This document shows, one piece after another, positions 35,004 to 45,874 of a DNA stretch of 64,000 nucleotides. This DNA comes from Trypanosoma brucei. Its lineage: Eukaryota. Under the pieces are notes generated by a model. That model was given only the letters and a program-made list of their open reading frames with translations, made no database searches and was not told the DNA's origin. Location: NCBI GenBank assembly GCA_000002445.1, contig CP000069.1:1472001-1536000 (forward strand), in the 5' to 3' direction. The translations under genes and the position numbers were made by a program. Each line of letters starts with the position of its first letter. Positions within the stretch are counted from its first letter, which is position 1.

Positions 35004-36574
35004 GTATCGTCACTCTCCTTTTCTTGTAATGTGATGCCAGTATTGTTGCTTACTTGCCTTGCGTCTCCTTTGTGGCGGCGTCGCTGTTGCAGCTGTTAAA
35101 GCATATAAAAAATGAAATTTATTGCGAAACAGCGGTATCGTGTTGCTATTATTTTGCTTGTCTCTTTCTGTGATTGCTCCACTGTCCACTATTGTAGAGT
35201 GCACATTGCATCTGGACGCACTGTCTTTGTATTTTCATTTTTAATTAACTTATAAAATATATACCGCTGTTACCACTTCCAGTGATCTTCGAAAAAACCT
35301 TGCTCCTCCGTGAGGTAGCGTCACATGTCCATGTCATTATGAACAATGTTTTATATAACTCGTGTTACTAGTTTCATCTATGTTTGACTGAAGTATGATT
35401 CATGCTAGGCTTTTTTGTTGCTTTCATTTTGTTTTGTCTTTTTTCCACTTTTTTTTTCGTTTTGTATGGAGGTAAAGCTGGAGTCATTTATACCGCTAAT
35501 CTAGCAGCAAGTTTCATTTTATAAGCTGGAGTTGACATTATGACCTTCATTCCTTGGTTTCTTAGTATTCTCGTATTTGTCTTGGTCATACTATTTTCTG
35601 TGCTCTGGGCTATCCGCTCAAAATCAAAAATCGCTTTATTCCTTCTTATGCGCCAAGCATTTTGCGTTTTTCACTATTATTTCATTGCCTTTAAAGTTAA
35701 CGACACAGAAAGCTGTGGGGGTAAAAAAGATTATTCAGGAACGGTTATTTTGCTGAGCTCCGTTGAGTGTAATGGTCTTAATTGAACTCTTTCATGTACA
35801 GTCGTCTTTATTCATATAAATGTGCCTTTAAGGTTCAATTTTTACATGCTAGGTTGGCGTAGTTGCAGAAAAAACTAAAAACGTCACTTCCAACTAACAA
35901 CATTATCATTTTTGCCGATTATGAGAGGCACTGAGACTCACTGTCTCTAAACTATCTTGTAAATAAATAAATCTTTTATTTGCAACTTTTCGTAGGTTTT
36001 TTGACGTATTCTTTGTTGTGGTTCTGGTAGGACTAAAATTGCTGCTGGTTTTGGCACTTTGTGCAACGTTGTTCTTGGTCGCCCATTGCTTATTGAGGCG
36101 TCGCTTCAACGATTTGGTTAGATCGTGTAAGAGACGATGTTTTATACACTTGTATGGTTACTATTAGCAAGTGTCTCCCTTTTTAACTACTTTGTATCCA
36201 TAATATTTTTATGAGTGGAAATGACGCATTCTTGAAGAATTATTGATAGTATATTGGTAGTAACCTTTTTTTGTTTCTTCCGCTTCCGCCTCTTTAGGTG
36301 TATTGTTGAGACTCAGTTTGGCTTGTACACAATGGACTAAGTTTATACCTCATTCCTCCAAAACATAATCTTCTCATGTATGGTGATTTCCACCACCATA
36401 ATAGTGTTTCCAAATGCACATTTTCCATTCACATATATTTCTTTCTCTGTATTTCAGCATTTTCTTCAAAAATATTTATAATCTCTGTCCTTCCCTCTAA
36501 CTTACTCTCATTGTCCACATGCCTTTGTTTTAAGTGCTTCTATTTTGACCCTTTTCTGCGGTGATCACTCTGCT

Positions 36575-36790
36575 CTTATCATAATATTAGTATATAAACA
36601 TACTCATAACACAGTCACAACACCCACTTCCATCACTATTACTATAACTATCATTATTATTATTATTACTATTACTATTATTATTATTACTGTTTTTATT
36701 ATAATATTCGTATGTACACTCTCACAACACACTCCTTTCATTATTTTTATTATAAATACTATAACACTAATTAATATCCACAAAATAAAC
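36575..36790 (-). repeat. Two tandem 70-bp repeat units with TAT/TAC triplet tracts
   Basis: ATAATATTAGTATATAAACATACTCATAACAC... then ATTATTATTATTACTATTACTATTATTATTATTACTG, then a second core TATAATATTCGTATGTACACTCTCACAACACACTCC ... ATCCACAAAATAAAC. Confidence 0.7.
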
Positions 36791-37043
36791 TAAATAAACA
36801 AAATTATAATATTACTTTCTTTTCATACCCTATCGCCACACTACTTTCCACTAAGGGGAAAATTTCATACTTGGCTTTCATATTTTTCTTATTTATTAAG
36901 GTTTTACTAATTTAAACAATTCTCATTTAAAAAATCTTAAAAGTATAAAAATTTCGCAAATTATAGAAATTTATCTCAACGTAGGAAATTTCGTAGATTT
37001 CACAAATTGAGAAAAAATATTTAACCAATAATTCTTAAAAGTT

Positions 37044-38621
37044 TTATAGAGCTAAAAATTCCAGCAAAATAGGGGCCTTGTTAATGACAAAAGAATTGCT
37101 TTCGGTGGTGTTTGTGATTTTACCATTAGTCCCTGTTGTCTCTGTAACTTTAGCTTCGCATTTTCCATCTTTGAATTCACAGCCAACCTTTTCGTTGCAT
37201 TTGCCCTCGTCAGTTTCTCCCTTGCATTCTTTGTTATTTTCCGGTGCTGCTGCTGTGACTGATTCAACTTTCTTCTGCGCTTTCTCTTTTCTGTATTGGT
37301 CTCCTAAACAAAAGCCTATCGCTCTTGCATAGTCCTCGGTACCACTTATCGACACTATACCTTTGTTAACGTGTTTGTCGCCGATTTTGAAATCTAGTTT
37401 GTTTGCTTCCATGTCCTTTAAGAATTTGTCATGTACTGTTGTTTTTCCTTCACCTACAAGTGCTACTACTGCTTCCTTTTGTTTGTCGGTGTCTGGGAGT
37501 TCCGCCGTTGGTCCAGCTGTTATGAGCATTGCGGCTTCTTGCACATCTTTTTGTTCCTTTAGGGCGTCCATAGTTAACTGGCTCAGTGTCTCTGGTTCCG
37601 TGACGGTCTGCCTGCGGCCATTGCATATGGCATACCCTGCTGCTTTGGCTGTTACAAAAGCTTTCTTGTCGGAGTCCTGGTCGTCTTCACAGTCTGTACC
37701 GTCTCCTTTGCTTTTTATCGTGTTTTTAGTTGGCGTATTCCAGTCGGCTTTGCGGGCGAAGTTTGTTAGGATTATGCCTTTAGCAACGCTTCCAAGTTTG
37801 TTGCTTCTGTCGCCAGTGTCGACGCATGCTATCTTCTTGTTGTGGGTCGCCGGCGTGGCCGAACCGTAGTCGCCTTTGTTGCCTATGTCGGCTGCTATGT
37901 CTGTTAATTGAAAAGCCTTGTCGTGGATCGCCTGATACGAATCAAGGTTTTGAACGTTGTTTACGTCGTCGTTGATGGCAGGGTCATTGACGAGTGATGA
38001 TTGGCAGCCGTGCTCGTTCTTAGGTGGCTGTGTGATCGTTACACTACATGATTTAGCGCCGGCCCCGCCTATTAGATCGGATTTCTGCGCTGAAGCATCG
38101 TGGCTTATTGTCAAGTCGCCTTTGGTGTTGAATGCGATTGCTGCCATGAGCTGAGCGTTTCTCCGTTTTAGAGTTTCGATACTAGCTTTTAGCTGCTTTA
38201 CAGCGTCGGCATTTGCTTCAGTGGCAGCCGCTCTAGAACTCCCTATTGACGCTAGCATCCGGGTCGCTTTTTTGGTCTTATGGTCTGTTGCTAGACATGC
38301 AGCTGCGTCCAGTGCTTCCGCTTCCTTGAGTAATTGACTTTTCTTGGCTGCCAGTCCATCTATTTTCTGCTTGAACGCTGCTGCCAATTTGTCGTTGAAA
38401 GCCACCTCGTGACAGGCTGCTTTGACCGTTGTTGAGTCTTTGTTGGTTGCTATTGGCTGCGTTGCCACCATCAGCAATATTTCGACGTACGGAAGCTGAA
38501 GTTGAAAGTGGTGCATCGCAGTTGGCTCCTGTTGTTCAGCGGTAGGGCTTATGCCTTTCTTTTGTACTTGTAGATCCTTTAAAGTTTGGAGAAAATACGG
38601 TTGGGGAACTAGTTCTGTCAA
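37044..38621 (-). CDS. VSG: Variant surface glycoprotein, apparently intact. The ORF is 525 aa; the likely true start is the internal Met at ~38516, giving ~490 aa.
   Basis: Signal-peptide-like MHHFQLQLPYVEILLMVATQPIATN after a 35-aa non-hydrophobic extension. Full N-domain and Cys-rich C-domain. Terminal ..TNTTESNSFVINKAPILLEFLAL* is a canonical GPI signal. Confidence 0.8.
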   Translation of the reverse strand: MTELVPQPYFLQTLKDLQVQKKGISPTAEQQEPTAMHHFQLQLPYVEILLMVATQPIATNKDSTTVKAACHEVAFNDKLAAAFKQKIDGLAAKKSQLLKEAEALDAAACLATDHKTKKATRMLASIGSSRAAATEANADAVKQLKASIETLKRRNAQLMAAIAFNTKGDLTISHDASAQKSDLIGGAGAKSCSVTITQPPKNEHGCQSSLVNDPAINDDVNNVQNLDSYQAIHDKAFQLTDIAADIGNKGDYGSATPATHNKKIACVDTGDRSNKLGSVAKGIILTNFARKADWNTPTKNTIKSKGDGTDCEDDQDSDKKAFVTAKAAGYAICNGRRQTVTEPETLSQLTMDALKEQKDVQEAAMLITAGPTAELPDTDKQKEAVVALVGEGKTTVHDKFLKDMEANKLDFKIGDKHVNKGIVSISGTEDYARAIGFCLGDQYRKEKAQKKVESVTAAAPENNKECKGETDEGKCNEKVGCEFKDGKCEAKVTETTGTNGKITNTTESNSFVINKAPILLEFLAL

Positions 38622-39850
38622 TTTCTGCGTGTGCTTATGGTCCTATTTGTTGCCAGTAGCCTTTCCTAGCCGACATAGCTTGTAAAGATGAAATTTCTGT
38701 TAAAGGTTTTGTTCACACGCAGGCTGGAGGCGGTGCCCCATGTCGCGCTACTCGTTGTTTCAGTCTTTCTGGTTACGGGCTGGCGAACAGGCAAAGCGAC
38801 CCTTCTCTAATTATTTTTCCACACTTCCTACGCGAGACGGGTTTCTGGCCTTTGCTTTTTGTTCCTTCTCCGACTAATTTGGTTTTATTGAGTCGAGTTT
38901 TTAGATGAGGAACTGAGTCGATTGTAGAGAACGTCTCGATTAAAAGTTGTTTTAAACGTCTGTATGGCTTTGACTAACTGGTTCTTGAAGGGTGTTTGAT
39001 TTATTAAGTTGGTTGTTCTGCCTTCTTAAAATACGGGGGCGTTGATATGTATACTTGTTTTCACCTCTCTGAATCATATTTGCTTCAACTCTTCCTTGAC
39101 TCTTTTAAACTCCGTCCCCCTGCCTTCCATTTTTTTGGTTGCCTTCAGCCACAAACTTTTCGCTGCGCTACTGACCTCGTTGTTTAAGTTTTTAATCGTG
39201 TACAAAGAGATTCAGAATAGCATAACACTTACTACTTATAATTTCAAGTTATGATTTTCTATATTTATGGCATTTATTGTTGCGTAAATCCAATTCTTTT
39301 ACCATTGAAAATACCACACACATTTCTGCACTTTAAAATTCAAATCTTGTGGTTTGTTATTGATTCTAGTTTATGGAAATTCTCATAAGTATGCTGGTTA
39401 TCATAAGCAGGTGCTGTTTCTTCTTGTAGAATGAAGACCCTTTTGTTCACACTTGTGATTATCTGTTATCTTTTTAGTTGGATACCACTTGGGAATGTGT
39501 AATATCGGCGCTAACAGCGCTTTTATCCCTGCACTCTCTTCGCTTTTGCGTGCTTTTAACAGTGGCCTCATGATTACCCTCAAATGTATTACTTTCTCTT
39601 TAAAAGGCTTTACTGTTTGGCCTTTGAATCAGTACAGTAGTGGGGGTGTATCATTTCTTACTTGATGCTCTTCGTAAACATCTTCTGGTGTTTTGTGGTG
39701 ATGTGTTTTTATTCTTTACGGCTATTTTTGTCTTTATCTTTTCTCATTAACTGTTTCTGCACATATCTTGTTTATCTTTAATAGGAAAATAATATCATCT
39801 ACAGTGCATGATGGTGTCTTTAACTTTAATTTCCTTTTTCTTTTTATATA

Positions 39851-41160
39851 ATGACACATGAAGCCTTTATTGCGTTCCAAATTGCACATATATCATCTCT
39901 TTCACTTTCACACACTTACTCCTTTGGCATTTTTTCCGTGGTGTTTATTGCAGTCCGCCTTTTTTTCTGCAGTATCTGCTTTGATTTCTGCTGCTCCCAC
40001 CGCCAGGGTTACTTTGACGGTAAGTTTGACCTGTGCCGCTAGGCGCTTTGCGTTTGCCTGGGCCGCCTGTAATACAGCAGTTACGGATGCTGTCTGTTTG
40101 GTGTATCGGTTCCTTGCTGATAACTGCCGCTCCAATCGCATTACATCTTGGATCCATTTCACTTTTCTCAACGTTGCTTCTGGTTCGCTGGAGTAATTTT
40201 TTAATTGTACGCAGATCCAGCCGCTGCTGTCGCCGTTGCAACCTGTTGCGTGGTATTCCCCTAGGTAGCCGTGGGCTTTATCTGTTTTGATTAGACTTTT
40301 CAGCTGCTTTATAGCTGATGACAAGTTGGCCAACACGAATTTGGTTGCTTTCACTGAAGCACAGATTTTGGCTATAGCTTGCATTCCACCCCCCGTTGGT
40401 CCCGACGATTAAGGGTTCCACGCAGCAGCCCCATCTGCTTGTTTTGTACACACCGCAGCTACCGCAGACCCGCCATTGTCCTTCTCGCAGATGCACGCTA
40501 ATGCCGCAATCGCGGTTTTGACTTTTTTGTTTGCCTCCTCAGCTTTGCAGACTTCTTGTCTGTTTGTGGCTTGTGCGGCCTGGCCGAATGCATTTATGTC
40601 AGTTACGCTGTTTTCGTTGGCTGATCCCGCCCCATACACAATCTCTTTCAGTTTTGTTTGGATCGCGGTCTCGGATAATGCACCCGCTTCCGCAGTTGGC
40701 TTGGTGAGTGCTTGTATCGCTGCGGCCGACCCTGCAGCGATTGCGGCTAGATGCAGTGCTGCTGCTTCTTCTTGCTGCCCAGTAAGTTAAAGGATACCGG
40801 TTTCTCTTATTTTTTCATCTAACGGTTCCCTGTGAAGTTTTTTGAGCGCAGCGATCCAGGTGTCCCAGTTTTTGTAACCTTTGTCGCTTTGTTTCGCTTC
40901 GGTAGGGTTTTTGTAATAGGCTCTGGGCTCCTCTGTTTTGATGAATATTTTTTTCAAGTTTCCGGTGTTACCGACATATTGAGCGCTTGGATGAATCTAT
41001 ATGGCGTGTTGAAGTCAGCTGGTGCGTCTGGTAGCTTTCTTCCTACTTCTTCCGTCGCTGCAAACCTGCACAGCGCCGCGTGTTCCACCCTGTGCTGGCC
41101 ACTTACTATGTTTGGCCTGCTGTTGGGTAGGCTACCCACGTGCATAGTATCGCTACGCAT
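39851..41160 (-). pseudogene. VSG-related N-terminal-domain pseudogene. Multiple stops, no C-terminal domain or GPI signal, no 70-bp repeat of its own.
   Basis: ORFs 39908-40384 and 40409-40639 plus adjacent frames read ..LHLAAIAAGSAAAIQALTKPTAEAGALSETAIQTKLKEIVYGAGSANENSV.. with stops. Ends ..ADCNKHHGKNAKGVSV*. Confidence 0.5.
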
Positions 41161-41857
41161 AGCAAGCGCATGTCCTTAAGCTATGCTCGAGTGATGTGTG
41201 TGTGTGTTTGTGATATTTTAGTGAGTGCCGCAGCGCTTGTTTATTTTGTGGACTAGATGTTCAACGGCTTCGAGGGCAAAATAAAAATTGCGTATTGCGA
41301 TCGTAGAGACTATAAATGTAGAGGGGCCGATTCTCTTTTTTTTCAGAGCAGATCAGATCGGTGGTTTCATATGTGCTAGCAACACCAGAGGAATGGCTGC
41401 CTTTTGCCTCACAGTTGCAGTCAATTGTATGAACTAGTAGGTATCATGAGGGTACTCGTCAAATTTTGATACTGATGCTTGTTGTAATGGCAAATTTACA
41501 GATTGACGTACCAGATCACGGTTAGGCCGATACCGTTAGATAGGTCTATTTTTTTTGTGGTTTCCCCCTTATGTTTTTGTATAAAAACCGTGTATACTAT
41601 ATTATACTTCGATTAGGTATAACTTATTCCTCTTATGTCTGTGTCTTTCATATACACAAGCTGCAAAAAGGTCTTTTTAAACACGGAAACACGTGGAAAT
41701 TATAAAAATATTTCAGCATAAATTTTAATTTTCAATAAATGTCCATTTTTAAATATAATATCATAGTGTTTTAATATATTGCATTAATTTCTGACTCACT
41801 CTGTCTCCCTGTACCTCCAACATACAGTACATACTCCGATAAGTGAAACTTCAGACC

Positions 41858-42265
41858 TTACATTTTGTTATTTCTTCTGCTTGGCGGCAATTCTGCGCCG
41901 CATGGTATTTCAATAAACAAGTAACGTTGTTTCTCATCACGATCACCATTTAAGCTTTTAAATTTTTTGTGATAATATGACTTTGGTTTGGTCCGATGCA
42001 TTTTCAGACAGGGTAATTTTGGTAACGAAACTTCCTTCCTTCTTGCTTTTGTTTTATTAATACGGTACGTTAGTTTTGCATCAGGGAAAGCTTTTATGTG
42101 GATTACTCGCTTTTTCAAAGGCCTTAATGTACGGCAGGTATTCCATTGCCGAATTGGATGGTCATTGACAGTACCTTTTTCAACTTTATAGAGATCCTCC
42201 ATTGGTCCATGTGCAGTAATTCTTATCCTATTCACGCTAATTTCCTCACACACTTTAGTCAGCAA
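41858..42265 (-). CDS. Unassigned 135-aa basic ORF (Lys/Arg-rich), possibly spurious or a retroposed fragment
   Basis: An ORF only. It sits between the 70-bp repeat at 42550 and the VSG-related pseudogene. No family recognised. Confidence 0.15.
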   Translation of the reverse strand: MLTKVCEEISVNRIRITAHGPMEDLYKVEKGTVNDHPIRQWNTCRTLRPLKKRVIHIKAFPDAKLTYRINKTKARRKEVSLPKLPCLKMHRTKPKSYYHKKFKSLNGDRDEKQRYLFIEIPCGAELPPSRRNNKM

Positions 42266-42549
42266 AATTCGCTTATGGCATCACCGCGCAAAGGGTAAAA
42301 CCATCATTTCCTCGTTCCATTTTGCTGTGACTATTCATCATCTTTATCTCCATATTCTTTTTTATTATGATTCCTTAGTCATTTTGTGTCTGACATTGTG
42401 TATATTTCATCAGTTTATCTTGTTATATCATAATATTCCTTATCACTTCCTCTATTCTTTTTTCACTACCTTATCTACTACCATTTCACCCTCGCAACTT
42501 TTTGAACTACCTCTATTTTGTATTTGAACGTATTCTTAACAGCTACTGC

Positions 42550-42655
42550 TCTTATTATAATATTATTATATACACATTCACTACACTCTCATTTTATTAT
42601 CCCTATTATTTTAACTATTAATATTATTATGACCGTAACTAATATCCATAAAATA
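42550..42655 (-). repeat. 70-bp repeat
   Basis: CTTATTATAATATTATTATATACACATTCACTACACTCTC..ATTATTATGACCGTAACTAATATCCATAAAATAATTG. Confidence 0.65.
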
Positions 42656-42789
42656 ATTGAAGTGACAAAATTTGAATGGCACTCATTTTCCTTACCATAT
42701 CATCATATTAATACAAACTTATAGCCTTCTATCACACAGATTTTACTAAGTTTTCATAATATCGAGAAATTTTTTATGTTTGACAAAAC

Positions 42790-42805
42790 GTGTTAAAGTA
42801 TATCA
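42790..42805 (-). promoter_or_regulatory. VSG 3' UTR 16-mer-like element (GTGTTAAAGTATATCA)
   Basis: ~120 nt downstream of the VSG pseudogene C-terminus at 42923. Confidence 0.6.
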
Positions 42806-42922
42806 AATTATAAAAAATTTAAACAAACTCTTTTCCCGAAAATGAAAATTAATAACTTTCATGAAGTCCTTAAAAAACTGCTAATTTCACAAAAGCAGCA
42901 TCCATCAGAGTAAATTTCTTAT

Positions 42923-44435
42923 TTAGGAGAAAACTACCACTTCTTCACTTTTCTGTACCCTTATCATCTTCGCTATCTTTTCCCTTTCTCCATGCACAAA
43001 CAGGTTTTTCTTTTCTTTTATTGACTTCTTCACATTTGTCTTTTGAGCCATATTCGGAGCATTTAAGCTTTTATTTGTCTTTCCAGCTTCTTGGTCCGGT
43101 TTAGAAACTGGACTTTTTGGATCTTCTTCGCATTTAGTCGTTGCTTCATTATACTTGCAACCCACATCGGGTTTGCACTCCGATTTTTCCAGTTTTGTGC
43201 AATCTTTTTTGTTCCATGTTTTTGTGCCTGCTCGCTGGTTCCAGATTTTTGCTGGCTCGTCGTGGTGTCATCTACTGATAGGATGGAGTACAGTTGGTGT
43301 GCTTGCTTTTGTAATGTTTTTGGCCGCTGTCTGTAGGCTTTGTCGTCGTTACACGCCTTTTGCCATGTCGCCGCCGCCTCTGTAAGCTGGTCGTACCAAG
43401 CTATCGCTGCTGCGCCTGTTGCCGGCTTTAGAGCGCTACCATAGTCGACGCAACGTGCTGCATTCGCTGCTCCGCAGTTGCCGCCATTGTGCTGGCCTAG
43501 GTAGGCTGTTGCTTGCGTCGCCTCGTCCAGTGCCGGGTTCCCTTTTAATTTGCTCAGGAATTTGCCTTGTATACCGCGCAACGTGTCGGCTGAAAGCTTT
43601 GGCTTGGGCCTGTGTTTGCATGCTGTTTTTATTTCTGACCACGTTGCTGTTTTGTAGCTTGAACCGAGTGCTGCCCAGTCGCCGCCTGCAGCTGTTGGAG
43701 TATCAAAACCGCAGGGTTTTGCCAACGATTGTGTGTACTGTCCACAGCGCACAAGCAAAAAAGGTCTCCCAATATGGATTTTCCGGCAGAAGGCGTTTTG
43801 CAGTCGGTGTTTCGCGTCCCTAATAGACCCATAGTTTTGCCGTCACTGCCGTCACTTTTTCCTGCCCCTTTGCCATACAATGCCGCTTTGATTGCTGCTG
43901 TTATTGCATTGTTTTCTTTGACAAGCTTCGGTCGGACATTTGAGTTGTATTCGCGCAGCGCCGCTTCCGCTTCGGCTGCTAGCAGCTGCAGGTTTGCGAT
44001 ATACCTAGATGCTCCTGCCTGGTGTTTTTTCAGGTTGCCCGTGTTTAGATGCGGTTCCGCTGTGACCCTCTTCAGCAAATTGGCTTTGGCTGTCGCCCAC
44101 TTCATCCAGTTACCTATGCAAGCGCTTTCGTCGCTGCTGCCGCTGCACCCTGTTGTCTTTGCTGTTGGCTCCTCGGCGGGGGTCTCCTTTGGAAATTTGG
44201 AGTACCGGCTGTCTGGTGCGGCGGACACATTAAGCTGTATGATATCATTAACTTCTACGTCGGTCACGGCCGCTGCGCAGATTTCAACTGTTGGGTCTGC
44301 GTCCTCCAGTAGAACAGCTTCGCACAGGATGCTGAATTCCGCTATGTTTACGCCGTCGCCGGCTGTCGCCTCTCCTGGCCACCGCCACAGGTTTAGCGCG
44401 AACGTCAGGACGACTTCAATCGCGACACAGTTCAT
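42923..44435 (-). pseudogene. VSG pseudogene (B-type-like N-domain; frameshifts; C-domain without GPI tail)
   Basis: ORF 43629-44435 gives signal peptide MNCVAIEVVLTFALNLWRWPGEA. ORF 43063-43758 gives the middle. ORF 42923-43165 gives MGCKYNEATTKCEEDPK.. with no hydrophobic end. Confidence 0.7.
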
Positions 44436-45874
44436 ACTCTACTCTGCTTGAGTATTGTTTCTAGGTCGGTTTCGTGTTGCTAGTCTTCAAACATTGTGAT
44501 AAAGTGTGCTGGTGGTTACAACAATGTAGCGGCTTAGTTGTCTTTTGCAGCAGGGGCGGTCGCTTACCTTATGGTTGCCTGCCTGCTCCTCTTGACCGGT
44601 TTGTCTCTCAAATGTATCTTTCACACATTATTTGCCGCGACTCCGACGGGTTTGTTCGATATTCTTTAGTTTTGACCTAGTGGCGATCGGTCAGTTTGCT
44701 ACGGTTTCTTGTTTTCTGTTCTTGACTCATTCCACCGCAGTATTTTTCCTTTTTCAGTTTTCCTTAGTGGTGCCGTTGGCGCTCCTTTTCCTGTCTGTAT
44801 AGGGACTCTAACGACAGGTTGTGCATGCCTTTGATAACGGTACCTTCTTATTTTTCTTTACTTCTGCATTTCCTTTTCCTCTACAAGTTTTTTGTCACTT
44901 GCGTCGCCTCATTTTGATCGGTTTTTCAGTGACTCCACTAAATAGGCTTTTTCCTCCGCCTGCTGTATATAGGTCTGTGCTTTGCATGACACTTTGTGCG
45001 TTTTCAAAAAAGCACCCACCGAGTTAGGAACGATTCTTAGGTTTAGCCGCAAAATCTTTTTGTAAACTCTTGTTATTGCTCATCCACTGTCGTTGTTTCG
45101 TCTTACTGTTTTTGATTTAGGGTCATTTGCTTGTTCGCCTATGTTATTAGGTTAGAAAAGCTGCATACGTCTTTAAATTTGTTTTAACTTTCTTCTGCTT
45201 CTCAGAAAAAGGTGGCTGCGTTTGGTATGATGAGTAATGTGCCTAATAAAATCTTTCGTGCTACTACTCTCATAGCTGTTTTGCGGTCGGTAAATAAAGA
45301 AAATTCGTAAAATTCGAAGTATAAAAACATTTACACCACTTATGAGAAAAATAAATATTAGTGCGGTTTGCAGGTATAACTTAACGCTGACACGTAAAAA
45401 ACGTGCTTTGGTTGAGTAATTGTAGCTTTAAATTCCAATCCATGCCGCTATATATCTATATCAACATCTAAAACATCTATCATTTATGACCGCTATGTGC
45501 TTTTAATGTGCCTCAAATCCTGCCGCCATGATACATCTTCAACGTAGATATAACACTGACACTTCGTCTGTATACATGGTTTTGAGCATTTCGTATTCTT
45601 ATCTTGTATGAGTACCGGTCTCTCCTGTTTCTTTATCAGCAATAGTAGTCTTAAATGCACTCTACTTTCTTGAAATATCTTAACACATACCATCAATTTA
45701 GTGTCACTGTCTATTATAATGAATTATCCGTGTCTTAAATAGGTTTAACTTCTTACCATTGAATCATTATGGGAGAGAACGGTATCATTTTAAACTTTCT
45801 GTACTTCATAAAGCACTTCTGCGGCCCTCCACCTGCCGTTTCTCATCATTAAGTTGTTCCTTCTGATTTTAACA

